From Chrysomallon squamiferum (taxonomy: Eukaryota; Animalia; Mollusca), in NCBI GenBank assembly GCA_012295275.1, contig CM022678.1, forward strand, positions 16,244,001 to 16,308,000: 64,000 nucleotides of DNA, read 5' to 3'. A program made the position numbers and the translations under genes. Positions 1-13,718 of this stretch are shown one piece after another (the stretch's first letter is position 1; the number at the start of each line of letters is the position of its first letter). The notes beneath the pieces are model-generated. The model made no database searches. It was not told where the DNA came from and saw nothing but the letters and a program-made list of their open reading frames with translations.

Positions 1-1233
1 TAAACTCTTAGTTACTCTGTCAGCAGATAATTTAGTTTTTTTATACAGTCCTTTGATGATGAATAACACAAGGGTATGAAAACAATATGTAGTTAAATTA
101 GAAATAAAAAAGTCAGTTATTTTTGATGAACTGTCTGTGCTAATAATGAGGTCATCTGTAATTCATAATGATCTTCAGTTATCTGCTACACAGACTGAAC
201 AGTCTCAATCTGAAATATATGACAATTTCCAGCATTAAAAGACTTTTATATATATTCATATCTTATCATTCTTTAAAGTATCAGCATACTGAAAAACACA
301 ACACATCATCACAATGAACTTTTGCTTCTTCAAGCAGTTTACAATATCTAAAATGTGTTCCAGAAAACCCCTCAAAACCCCCCAAAAAAACAAAAACAAA
401 ACAACAAAATAATAGAAATAAGAATTTCTTCAAAAGCAAACAAGACTATGAAACAAAATAATAATTAAGTGCATTTTAAAGAACTCAAATCAAATAAATA
501 AATAAATAAAATGTAAAAAAAATAATAATAAATTAAAAAAATAAATAAATAAACAAACCAAAATAGCTCCTCATTGGAGGTTATTGTAGTCAGAAAAACT
601 TAACAGTGGTGTAAATTTAAACAATTCTAAAATATAACTGATCATTTCTGGCATTCTCATCCTAGCTTACTCAGTTTAACATGTAATGCCATGCTTTTTG
701 AACAGAATTATGAAACAAAGCAGTGAATAATTTGAATACTTGTAACCTACTTACAAATGTTTCATGTTATTCAACAAACAAAATAATTAAAATCAATGTG
801 GTTGTTTAGTTGTTGTCACTATTTCACTAGATCCTTCATTAACATTAAAGAATTTCAGATAAAATGCAAAGTATTTTGAATTGCTTTAGGAAATGGAAAC
901 ATCATATATTAATGATTTAACAGACAAAAATATATAAAGTATAATGCAAGATGCTTTTAATTTTGTATTATTTGAAATACATCTAATTATAAACTTCCAG
1001 AAAAACAATGAATCTAATCAATGGGTACTTTAATTTTTTTGTTAAATTGTAAAATTATGCCTTTGTTACTAATAATTAGCTAATTGCACAGAACTGTTTG
1101 TTTCAACAAATTATGCTTAGCTATCATGACACTCAAGAGTTAAATAATGGTTTTTTTCATTTTCTACCTTGAGAGGCCCATAAAAAAAGAACTTCAGATA
1201 TATCACTACAGACTATATTAGAAAATACATTTA

Positions 1234-1271
<38 letters not shown>

Positions 1272-1285
1272 TAATAATAATAATT
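1234..1285. repeat. (AAT)n microsatellite
   Basis: Direct reading. Confidence 0.95.
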
Positions 1286-1401
1286 ACAAAAATGAAATGC
1301 ATGTCACCATGTAATTCCCTGCTGGAATCTGATTCATGTGATAATAACTCTTAACTTTTACAACTAACTATTTCATTTTAAAAGAAACAGTTTGTTTTCT
1401 G

Positions 1402-2000
1402 TTAAGACAATGCAGTATTTTCTTTAACAATTTCGTGTCTGTATAAAAATAAGTTTGGATATTTTGGAATATACTTATTAGTTAAAATAGCTTTTGCTAC
1501 AGCACAAACATAAACTCTGCAGCTACTGATATCAGATTGTGTAGGAAAACCTGGCATTTCAGAGTAATTAACAAAAGACCACAGGGTGATATTCAATGGT
1601 TTTCCATAATACATCGTATGTTCAAACATTAAACACCTGAACATATGAAAAATGACTTCATTATTTTTACTCCCAAATGAATCACAGTAGAACTATTATT
1701 GTTCAATGGTGTTTCTTTCATTCAAAGATACAACAACATATTTATAATCAAACCATCTTTTACTTTTACTTTCTGCAATGTGAAATGTCCATCTAGGTTG
1801 ATCTGTATCACCATTAACTAAAATCTTCCGACTGAACCAACCACAATCTACCAGGTGAATAGTTTGATTTTTTTCAGTTGTTTTTGTAGTAGAGACATGA
1901 ATATATTAATGTGGCTACTATTAAGGCAGCAATCATGTTGAAGAATATTGTTTAAGAAATCTGCATTTACTGTTACACCATCAATTTCAGTGCTAACAAA
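1402..2000 (-). pseudogene. Ulp1/SENP-like (peptidase C48) domain remnant at the C-terminus of the MULE ORF
   Basis: CLNSSHINIFMSLL (WLND..IN.Y..LL-like), KYVVVSLN...HH*TIIV (degenerate HW, TGG to TGA), YCDS, then FPTQSDISSCRVYVCAVAKAI; H-D-Q-C order typical of C48 proteases. Confidence 0.7.
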
Positions 2001-2699
2001 ATATTCCAGTGTTTTCTTCTTTATTGGATTATAATCAATGAGGAGCTCTGTCAGTTGCTTAATCAAAATTTTCTTATTAAAATGTAATGTCTCTAATGAT
2101 ACTTTTTTATTATATTTTTGTCATAAAATAATAACAATGATCTGTATGTTTGTAAATCTGTTACATTTATAGGTTTCATTTCACCATTCTTTTATTATCA
2201 TTTTTAGTAAACTGTCACCATCACAACAAACAAGAATCCATTCTCCATTCTTTTCTGCCACAAGTGAATTTAGCCTGTATGATGTTCCATCAACAATTGT
2301 AGCATCATGTAATGTTATTTGGTTCATTTCCTTGTGTGTAACACTTGTACAATCTGATAACAATTAAAGTCTTTGGTAAACTTGTTAAAACACAAGAAAA
2401 CTGTTTTCATAACATGAACACTTAGCTTCATTATGTTTATTTGCTGTCATGATATGTTTAGTGACTTCCTGTATCAACTTGAACAATGAAAACATACATA
2501 CTTTTCATTGCATTCCTTGCATGAATAATAGTTCAAATGTAGTGTTTCAAAATTCTCTGCAAAAGTCAGTGTACCTAAAACATTTATCTTAAATATATGG
2601 TTTAAATACAAGTATAAAAATTCTCATGGGTCTATAACACTGAAATGTTTTTCATATTTATCTACTTTATGCCACATATGTATAATCTGATGTCCTTTT

Positions 2700-3650
2700 C
2701 TATTTCCTTGTTGTATTTATCAGATACAAACACTGAATTATCCTGGAACTAGAAAAAATATTGCTACTTTTTAAAGCTTTGAAACCATTGCTTATGCACA
2801 ATGCATTAATAACAGGTTCAGTATATAATGGCAAATGTTTGTCTACTCTATCATAGAATAACATATAGCATGTATGAGTAAAGTTGTCAGTTGAAAAAGA
2901 CAGAGAATTATCATCACATGAAACAAACTGATGTTCAATAAGTGTGGTATGGTGACCTTGGTGACAGGAATCTTCATGATGATAGACAATACTCTTCAGC
3001 TGATATTTAATTTCTGCTTTTTCTGCATTTTTATTCTGCATTTTTAAAAACCATTACTTTTTATGAACAAATTGTGAGGAACTTTCATCAAATAAAAATC
3101 TCTGAATTGTGAAAATAACAGTTGAAGGGAAAGAAACTAAGTGTTTCTTTAATAAACATTTATTATGTGAGCACATGCAGGCCTTTTCTACTGTCTTCGA
3201 TTTGATAAAATTGTCAAATAACTGAAGCCCATTGCATCAAGGTGACATGTTATGAAATGCCCATAATTATTTTCACTGGAAGTTGTTGAGCTACATTGTA
3301 GACAAATATATTCGTGTTGCAAAATAATTTTAGTAAAAAACTCATTAGCATCTTGCTGACACATTAATATTTGTTCCCATTGCATAAGCAACATTTACTA
3401 TTGCATTGTGAAAAATATCATCTGGCACCTCTTCGCAGTATTTATTTTCATCTTTCAAATTTTTCAGTATTTCTATCACACTTTCTTCTGCTCTCTGAAG
3501 TGGTAATTTTACATTATTATCAGAAAATACAGTTACAGGCTGACATTTATTTTCATAAAGAATTAAACATGCTAAATCACTTGCTGCTAGGGCTTGCATC
3601 ACTGCATTAAACCAGCAGGTGTTGCCAAAATTCTTCATAGGTCTGCAGAT
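2700..3650 (-). pseudogene. Ubiquitin-specific protease (peptidase C19) domain remnant inside the MULE ORF
   Basis: Cys box MKNFGNTCWFNAVMQAL (ORF 3345..3980), QQDANEFF and CLQC (ORF 3188..3394), His box KYQLKSIVYHHEDSCHQGHHT...CDDN...CYMLFY (ORF 2700..3041), in canonical order. Confidence 0.8.
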
Positions 3651-6600
3651 GAATCCTAAATCAGTGACAACTTGGTCAACAGTTTTTACATTTTTCTCAT
3701 GACTATACTGCACACTTTTGAAGCAGTGATCATGCACTAGATTGGATTTGTTCCATATTTTAGTGGTATTGTATGTTGTTTCAATTTTATTTTTGGGTGC
3801 TTGCTGAAAAGTACCTTTCTTCTTAAAATTATCAGGTTGCTGTTTTGATTTGGTCCACATTTCTGATATTGTTATATTTATTTTTTGATCAATTGGTTTC
3901 TTTATCTTCCTTAATTTTTTTTTCACTTTCATGCAATCTACAGCTGCCAATTTTTGCACTGAAACAGTTTGATTATGCAATTTTTCTGAAAATCATCTAG
4001 TCTGTATTGGGTTCTGCCTTGCAGCCCAATATACTTCAGAATTCTAAAGCTATTTTCAATTGTGTTTGTTGTGGTCATCTGCTCATGAATAAAGTTTTTA
4101 CTCCTGGGAATTTCTGATGCAGATTTGTCAAAATTTGACCATAATGGCAAAATTGGCAACAATACTTCTGAAAAATATGGATTGACATTACTATTTTCAT
4201 CAAATTTACATGCAAAGCAAGTTTTCTTAAAATTTTCTAAGATAACTTCAGAAAATGACTTAAAAGGAGAGTCATTAGGTAAATTGAGAAATTCTTCCTC
4301 TATATAGTAACCAGGTTGCAACATGTTCATGTCTACTTGTTCAGAATTATATTCATCAAAATCAGAAAATTCTTCTGAAACCGATGTTTGAAAAGAGTTG
4401 ATTTTATGAATTAGTCTGTCGATGAAGTGTGCATTATAGAAATGTACATGACTGGAGGACAAAACCACAAAAATATCATGTAGCAATTCTCTTATTTCTT
4501 TTATGTTATTAATATTCATCAGCAGACTTACCATATAAAGAAATATTCTGCAGGTTTTTCTTGCTTACATTTTTCCAGCAAAAGATTTTCACTTTATTCA
4601 TGAAATGACTAGAGCATATGTGAACAGTAGTCGCTTTGGCATTTGAAAAAAAAAGACTGCTGATTGATGATTTTCCACGTTTGATGTAAAAATTGATTCA
4701 TTATTAAAATGTAAAAGTGCTGCTAAGATAAAATCCATTGATTCATCACTAATTATAAGTGTATAGCAGGAAACATTGTTATATCCAAATAGTTTCTTTT
4801 CAGCATGTCTGAAATTACAAATTCAATCTAACACTATTGGCAATGCTTGATTTTCACTAATCATAGCTGCAATAGGGATGCCCATCTTACCTTTTATAGG
4901 ACTTTTTACAGCAAGTTCATAGTACAAGACCTGCTTACCATCTTCGTTAAAACGAACAATGCTGCCTGTATCATCCCAATACAAAGCAACTTTTTCTACT
5001 AAATTGTGATACAATCTTAATCCCTCTTCTGACCAATACAGAACATAATTAGGCTTTAAACTAATTTTTTGAATGAAACCTATACCTGTATCAGATTTTT
5101 CCTTCATTTCTTTCATTATCAGCAAGACTTCTGATACAGTCTTCATCTCTTCTACCTGTTTTCCTAGATTCACAAGCTATTTGATGAAACACACTTGTTT
5201 CATTTCCAGCTACAATGTGTCTGACTTAGCATTCTTAACACATTCTAAATACAGCTGCAAGGCTTTCTTACCACTAAACATTTTTTTTTTAATCTTCTCT
5301 GAGTTTTCCTCTGATAGGCCTATGATTTTCCTCTGTAATATAATGCTTATCATTACCTGAATAAGTAACATGTACAGTGTTCTGTTTATACATTTTCAAT
5401 CTGACATGTACAGAACAGTCTGCAAAAGTACAGTAGGCCTGATCAGCAAACAATCTATTCATTTTTGATTTTTTGCTGGCAGAAGTTACATGATGATGTT
5501 TAGACATGAAAACACAGTACGAACTGCTTTCTTTTAATCCTTCAACAAAAGCATCTTGCCATTTGTCACGCCTCAAATTGTCTAACTTTTTGTAATTTAA
5601 GTAAATTTTTCCACTGTCCAGCTTCCAAGTCAAATGTTGTCTGCATTGGAAGTTGGTATGTAAAGTACTTCTCAGGTATATGGCAACCAAGTACTTCTCC
5701 CATGATAATCCTATCTAAAGATGGGGTGGTTATAATTTCATCATTATTATTAACATTATCCTCTGAGCTAAGTTTTTCTATATGTTCTGATTTACTATCT
5801 TCATCGCCTTCCCCAGTGTTGCTATCACAATTAAGCTCTACTGTTTCTTTACTACTGTATTTCTTGCCATTTTTCTGTTTAACATCAGTATCTGAGGTGC
5901 TACAATTATCCTTTTATCTTCATCACAGCAGACATTTACTTTCTTTTCATTACCTGTATTTTGACAAAATACCTTTTCCACTAGTTTTCTCTCACAAGTA
6001 CTTTTTCTCTTCACAACTGATTTGTTGCTTACAGTATTTTCCTTAACTGAGAATACAATATCTGCCATACATTTATTTTCGCTAGTACAAGAAAATGGAT
6101 TGGGCAAAAATGACTTTCCTTTAATGCTGTATATCATTTTATCACACTCATTTATTCCACAGATGAATGTGATCTCCTCATCTCTTGTTCCTTTAGGGAA
6201 GCATGGAATTTTTAAACAACTGAAATGCTACCAAACTAAACACTTTTCACACTGAATCATTCACTTTTTACTCACACCATGGCTTCTTGCAGATACAATG
6301 TTCTTCACTGCTTCTGACCTTCCTTTTGACATCAGACATACAGGTATCTTTCAACATGTTGCTAAAAACAAACTGTTTGACATTTCCTCTGTTATGTGAC
6401 CATATAATATGTAACCTTTTTTTATTTTTTTTATTATTCTGCCACCCAAGACTTTCTGCAACCATACCATAAGGACCACCTGGTTTAAGATTGCTTTCAT
6501 TTTTTGTTGTGTATTTACCTCTTAAATACTTACCTATAAGTTTGGAGTCATGACCAGAAATATTTTCATTTCTAGTTACTTCATGGAAGCTACAAATGCC

Positions 6601-7457
6601 AGGAACATTATCCTGATTTTCCATCCACATTACATGCAGTTTCTTTCTATTCTTCAGATTATTTGCCATCTTCAGTCTTTTTGTGGCTGTTCCTAGTGGA
6701 CCATTGTCTTTGTACAGGGACCGATTTTTTTCGCCTGCACAAACTGCCTGTTAATGTTGACCTATCTTTCTGTAGTCCAACTTGTATCACGCTTTTTCTT
6801 TTTCTCATTTGAAATTTTCTTTCCTCCACCTTCATGAATGACATTCTGTAACACAATAGAAGTAGATTTGTTTGGGGGGGGGGGGGAAAGAAAAGAAAAA
6901 GACCATGACTTACATTTAATACTGTCAGTTTTAATAAAGTTGGACCTTTTCGTTTTCTGCAATCAAAGCTGCTCAGAACATAACTAATGTTATAATGGAT
7001 AACACATTTTTGTTTTAGTATTTGTCAAGTCCAATAATGGATAATCTGAAGAAAATATTTCATCTGTATTTATTATATGTGGATCAAAATAATACTTACC
7101 TTACTTCCATAAAATATAATCTTAGCCTGTGAACAGTATTTATTCCCAGATCAAGTCCCATCAGACTGAAAAACAAATTTATAATTTTACATGTTTACTA
7201 GGAAAGGAGAAACTTTAAGAAAAACAGAAACAATTGTTATACTGCTACACCCAATAAAATGCACTAAAAAAAGATATATAAATGAATGGCACTGTAGAAC
7301 ACAAATACTTTGATATTTGTCTGTGTCAGTCTAAACTTATGTATACAGTTATAGGATGAGAAATAAATGAATGGATGATAAAAGAATAAAAGAATAAAGT
7401 GAGATAGACAAACAGAAGCACACACATACACACACACAAAAACAAAAACATTTAACA

Positions 7458-7494
<37 letters not shown>

Positions 7495-10239
7495 TATGAG
7501 AATGAACTAGTAAAGTGTGATGCTATATTGACAAGAAGTATTTTCTTTTAAGATACTAGAAACATAACAAATCTTTTAACAATATTCCATGGTATTAGTG
7601 AATCAGGTTTTGTTATTTGAAAAAAAAAAAATGTTAGAACTTGTAAATTTTGGTTAATATGAACTAAAACAATGGTTAAATACATAATCATTTCAAGCAT
7701 TAATTTGTAAATTACAAAATGACAACAATATATAAAAAAAAAAAAAACAATGCAACTTAAACCTGTACTTATCATAAAGTGTACATGAATCATGTATAAT
7801 CAACATTAGATGAAAACAATCTTTAGAATAATTTAAAAAATAAGTACATAGTCATATCAAGACTAATATATTTCTGAAGTGTAAATTTTAATATTCATAC
7901 TAAAATTATTAATTTTGATTTGCAGGAAAAAAATTATATAATAATAATAATAATGATGAAAAAAATAAAGGAAAAATAAATAATTTAAAAAACCCAAAAT
8001 AAAACATAACTTGTAAGAATGTAAAATGTACATGATAGTTGTGTTTATGTCAGCAAAGGACACTTTAACTATGAATGAATTCTTTAACTGAACATTATCA
8101 GTTTTGTCTTGTAACTATGAACTAAATGATTTCGCATGATTTTGTAAATCACATGAAATTACTTATTTATTTATAGCTGTGGTTATATTTATATAAAATG
8201 CTACATTGTAGCAAAAGAACAGTCCCATCATAAAACTGAACTAACTGATATATGAAACATTTATCAATATGTTTTGGTTATTAACTGGTTAACTGTAAGA
8301 AACATGAACAAACAGGAAGGAAGGTAAACATCTGAAAATTTATAACAGTAAATGAATCCATGTAACAAGTCTTTTGTTAATGATTTTATTACCCATTTTG
8401 AACCATCACATCTTTCATTACTGGCGTCTGTCGATAGACAAATGTTTATCTGAATAAAAGAACTAACAGCAGAATTGTGTGTCAAACATATACTTTTTAA
8501 ATTATATATGGCTTATAAATGTAAAACAAAAGTTGGAAGTAGGTTTTAACTGAGTGTAATTGTGTATGGGTGTGTGTGAATGGGGAAAAAGCATCAATAT
8601 ATCTTATCTTAGATTTTTCTCTTCTTCACTTTTTCCCATAATGGGAAATTATTACTATAATCATCAGAGGAATCATCTTCTGGTGTAACTATCTCATAGA
8701 CATTGTCCTCAAAACCTCGTTCCTCCTCACAAGTCTGATCCTCATCTGATATATCAGTCTGAAATGTTTTGTTACAGTCTTGTTAAAAGAAACAACAGGA
8801 TCTGACAAAAAATATTCTTCATCACAGCAAAGTACATGAACACTGTTCTTACATAAAAGTAAAAAAAATAAATATATATATATATATATATATATAACTA
8901 CCTGAAGTGTGTCGTCCCATCCAAATGTCACAATCCATCTGTGGGTAAGGAATTTCTATAAATGACTGATATTTTCCACTTTTCATACACTGCCAAAATA
9001 AAGTGAAGAAATATCTGAATTGCTACAACTTATTATAATATTACGAAAAAACCTATAGAAACAATGATACCTGAAAAGCAAATGTGAAAGTTAAGAATAT
9101 GCTTATGATCTGCTCATGAAAAAGGTAACAAATAGTAAAAATAATAGTTTATTCTAATGTGGCAGTTTTGATATATCAGTTAGTGAGAACACATACACAC
9201 CAATAAAGTTTATTAGAATTATTGATACACGTAAGAACATAAACAGAAAGAACATTACCTACACAAAATAAAGCATCAAAAAATTTCAAGACCCTAATCT
9301 AAATTAAATTAGAAAAAGGAAATAAACAGCGACTCGTAAAAACTTGCCTTATCATCTACAACAGGTTCCATGTGCAGCTGAGGCCAATCACTTTCAGCAT
9401 AGCTGAAAAGAGAATAGATTAAAATATCGCAAACGTCTATGCAGTTCCCAATACTGTTTAGACCACATAGAGAGATTTATGTCACAGCATTTAGTTCTGT
9501 CTGTGAAAAATGGTCAATATTGCCAATGACGACTTACAGAAACACCCCTAGTGAAACCCCAATGCCCTTAAACCAAGTTTCTTGATGCACATGTCCATGC
9601 ATTTTCTGAATGTGCTCTTATTATGGATTAGACGATATATAGTTATTTATGTTATACCATGTCGGTCACAATTGAAGTGGTTTATACAGTCCCTAATAGT
9701 TAAGACCTTTGTTGTTAAAAGTATTTTCAATAGCCAGACAAAAAGTTATGATGCACTATTTGTCTGATGTCTGTATGTCTTTGATTCTTGAAATAGATTC
9801 TTATCATTAACAGACATCTGCTGTCATCTCCTTTTTATAACCAGTCTCGAAAAGGAACGACTGGAATCTAAAAATAAGAAAAATTTGCTCATTATGAAAA
9901 ATGATCAAAAATGAAGTAAATATATCTGATATATCTGGATATAATTTTTTTTAGAAATGGTGATTGAGAATACAGTAAACAGATAGTATAAAACTGAGCT
10001 AGCGAACAATATGTCCGATGCGGAATGATACATAACAAACACCATATTTCTAAAAGTAAATTGCATTACATATTTGGAATTTTAATTTTGCTACAGTTAT
10101 CAAACACGTATGATTTTTTTTATAATAAAAGTAAGCATGTTTCATACCTTTAAAATTCAAACTTTTATTGAAACTGCGAACTCTTTGTTTGAAAGAACTG
10201 ACGTGCGATAAATTATTCACTGGCGTTATCGAAGTAAAC

Positions 10240-13200
10240 TGTTATCAACAAAACACTCTCCAAATACCCGCGACATATTAAGCATCACAATACACAACAA
10301 CAATAAAAACATCGCCATAATTAACATATACAGCCCACCCACTCCCAGACTACACACCATGCAAACCCACGACTGAAACAAAATGATAACAACAAACAAC
10401 AAGTTCATTATAGTGGGCGATTTCAACTGTCACAACACCTTATGGGATGGCTCGACAGACGACAGCACTGGAATCATCCTCGAAAACAGCTGGTCTGTCT
10501 GAACGACGGAACATTCACATACACCAGCGACATCAATGGTAGCCAATCCGCCATTGATGTAACATTCACAAGTAAGGACATCGCAGTGCTCTCCGAATGG
10601 CAAGTGCTCGATGAACTGAACAGCGACCATCACCCAATACTCACCAACTACAACAGCAAGAACACCTTCTTGGAGAGATCCATTTTCACACCCAAATGGC
10701 ACTTCAACAAAGCGGACTGGGATGGCATCTACAAAGCATGTAGAAACATCACCACACAGAACCCCAACCATATCGACACCCACTGCACATCACTCACCAA
10801 CACGATACACTCCATTGCAAACAAATTCATACCCAAAACCAGACAATGCACTGGTAAAATATCCACTCCCTGGTGAGCGGAACGCATAGAAAAGAAATGT
10901 AAAGAAAGAAACAAATTCAGAAGACAATACAAAAAAAGACAGAAATCATTCCACACACAACAAATACAAAATAGCCAAAAAAAGAAGTTTCCAACCTAAT
11001 ACTCACCGCGAAACAAGAACACTGGGAACTTTTTTGCAAACATCAACCACAAAACATCAGTCAAAGACATGTGGGTTAAAGTGAAAAACATCCCAGGCAA
11101 AAACCCCTGTGAATCAACACTCTCGGCAAAAACAATATCGTATTCACCGAAAAGCAAAAAGCAGACCTACTCAGCCAAACCTTCGCCAAGTCCAGCAGCA
11201 ATTCGAACTTCCCACTGAAATTCGCAAAGAAACCACTGGACAACCTAACAATCGGCGAACATTCCGCAGACACAGAACACATGAAATACAATCAACTCTT
11301 CAACATCAGTGAATTAAAACATGCACACAAAAAGAAGAAAAGTACAGCCACGGGGCCAGATAAAATAAGCTACACAATACTACAACACCTTCAGATGAAA
11401 CACTACTCATCGTACTCGATCTCTACAACACATTATGGACCACAGGTAAGATTCCAACAAACTGGAAACACGCCGAATATATTGCCCAAACCACACAAAG
11501 ATCACTCACTACCCAACAGCTACAGACCGATCACACTGACGTCACACATGTGCAAAACACTGGAAATGATGATCAACACACGCCTGAGCCAGCATCTAAA
11601 CAACAACAATTTAATCAGCAAATATCAAAGTGGCGTCAGGAAGAAACACAGCACAAACGACCAGATCACACGCCTGCAAACATCAATCAACCAATCTGTT
11701 AGAAAATCAAAAAAAGTCATCGCAATATTCCTAGATATGGTATGAAGGGAAGGACTGCTCGTCAAATTAATCAACAACAACATCAAAGGCAACATGTTCA
11801 ACTTTATCAAAGTCTTCAGAACCATAGCAGTCAAAGTAAACGGTCACACTTGATAGAAAACGACAGTGGAAAACGGATCCACAAGGATCCGTGATCTCGC
11901 CAACAGTCTTCAACATCTACATCAACGACATCGTCACAGCACTCGACAAACAAGACAACGCCAAAAATCCACCAACCGAACCAATAAACACAGCACTCTT
12001 TGCAGACGACTGCGCCTTTTGGCGGGCAGGCAGATCGACCGCAGCAATACAGAAACAAATACAAAAAGACCTAAACAACATAAACGACTGGGCGTTGAAA
12101 TGGGGCATAAAGATTTCTCTTTCGAAAACGACATGCCTCCTTTTCAACAAAAAAACAGACAACAACCAAATCACATTAAACATCGACAACAATGTCATAA
12201 CACAAACCAAAACATTCAAGTTTCGACAGTCAACTCAACTTCCGATGCCACATACACAACATAATTGCATCCTGCAAAAAAACCCACTTAATCTTCTAAA
12301 GCTAATTTCCGGAACCAGTTGGGGAGCAAACGAGTCAACGCTAATTTTGATATACAAAGCGTATATTCTCTTCATACTCTACTACGGAGCCACGGCTTAC
12401 TCGAATGCTCCCGAACAGTCTTTAAAAAAACTAGACTTAATTCAATCCAGCGCCCTCAGAGTGATCAGCCACCTGCCAAACACAACACCATCCAACAGCC
12501 TCCTGTCAGAATACAGCATCCAACCACTAAAATGCAGAAGAAAGCTGCAGCTACTGAAATACAACCTGAAAATACACACCCTGAGCACAGACCACCCCGT
12601 CAAGGATCTGGTCCCAGACCAACAAAGAATAGGGCAACTCTTTAAATCGCATCGTCTACTAGTATTGAATTTCCCGACAACAGCCAGTGAAATCGAAAGG
12701 AAAACATGAATTGGGGAAATGCCACTGCCGGCATACCGCAAAGAAACAAAACTAGCAATAAACACACCTTTCCTGAACAAAACAGAAACAGACAAAACCG
12801 AGTTCCCACCCTTCAAAAAAGCCATATTTCTAGCAGCAGCAAACGACCACTACAAACAACACACGCACATCTACACCGACGGATCTAAAAACCCAGACAA
12901 CGGGAGAGTAGGATTCGCCTTCATAGCCGAAGATCACACAAGCAAACCCACATGCATAAAATTCGGCCGTATCAGAATTGGCCGAATTGGTCGCCATCAT
13001 CAGAGCCATGCTGTGGTTTAAACACAACAACAAGAAACACAAAGTCATATTCTCGGACAGCCTAAGTTCCGTCATCTCAATACAATCCAGACATTCCAGC
13101 AGACCAGCCCTACTCAGCAGAATACAACATCTACACGAGGACATACAACACAACAAGAAACAACTAATCATCGAGTGGCTCCCAGCACACGTCGGCATCA

Positions 13201-13718
13201 TCGGCAACGAACTTGCCGACCATTACGCCAAAGAGTCACTCAGCACTGAAGACGAAGGCATCTGCACAGACATACACTACGGTGTAAACGAAATTGTCTC
13301 CATCGCAACCAAACATTACGACAAACAATGGCGAAACGAATGGAACAACACCAAAAACAAATGGCACTTGAACATGAAACCACTCACCAAAACACCCCAA
13401 ATCACACTCGCCAACAAACTACACAACAACAATCTCATCAAAGCCAGAATTGGTTTCTCGACCAACTTAAATGCAATCCGATACAAATATCACTACACCA
13501 CATCACCCGACTGCAGCTGTGGACTCTCCGAAACCATGAAACACTACTTGTTTCACTGTCAAAATTTCGACAAGGAAAGACAAGCACTATGCAACACACT
13601 GGAGGAACTAAAAATCGAGTTCACGCTCCAAAACATCTTGGCACCAAACACGAAAGACGGAGAGTTAGTCCTCGCTGCAGTAACAACATACATTCTGAAC
13701 ACAAAACACAAACTTTAG
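10240..13718 (+). mobile_element. 5'-truncated, degenerate non-LTR retrotransposon ORF2 (I group, RNase H-containing; I/Nimb/Ingi-like)
   Basis: APE motifs INIYSPP, FIIVGDFNCHN, SDHHPI; RT motifs YRPITLTSHMCK, YQSGVRKKHST, ISPTVFNIYIND, ALFADDCAFW; RNase H IYTDGSK, ELVAI, FSDSLS, WLPAHVGIIGNELAD; C-terminal CSCG...HYLFHC; many frameshifts; strongly C/A-skewed. The 3' UTR may run to the (TTCAC)n tract at ~14523-14540. Confidence 0.93.

Larger units (their letters stand above)
1402..6956 (-). mobile_element. Decayed Mutator/MULE (NOF-like) DNA transposon ORF: N-terminal repeated domain, DDE transposase, USP (C19) domain, second degenerate USP-like segment, Ulp1 (C48) protease domain
   Basis: Collinear minus-strand ORF fragments joined across stops and frameshifts: ALYWDDTGSIV (D1, ~4975), TLIISDES (D2, ~4745), HICSSHFM (CxxH, ~4610), TTTNTIENSFRILK (E, ~4055); NFGNTCWFNAVMQAL (USP Cys box), QQDANEFF, YQLKSIVYHH..GHHT (His box); PTQSDISSCRVYVCAVA (Ulp1 Q...C). 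No TIRs or TSD identified. Confidence 0.75.

Noticed and set aside
1-1400. Search for the MULE terminal inverted repeat and TSD
   Set aside because: No matching inverted end could be found by eye here or upstream of 7 kb, so element boundaries are not called.
10226-13207. Minus-strand ORFs over the LINE, and antisense ORFs over NPC1 exon 3 and the 60.8-64 kb exon
   Set aside because: Shadow ORFs caused by the codon bias of the real coding strand.
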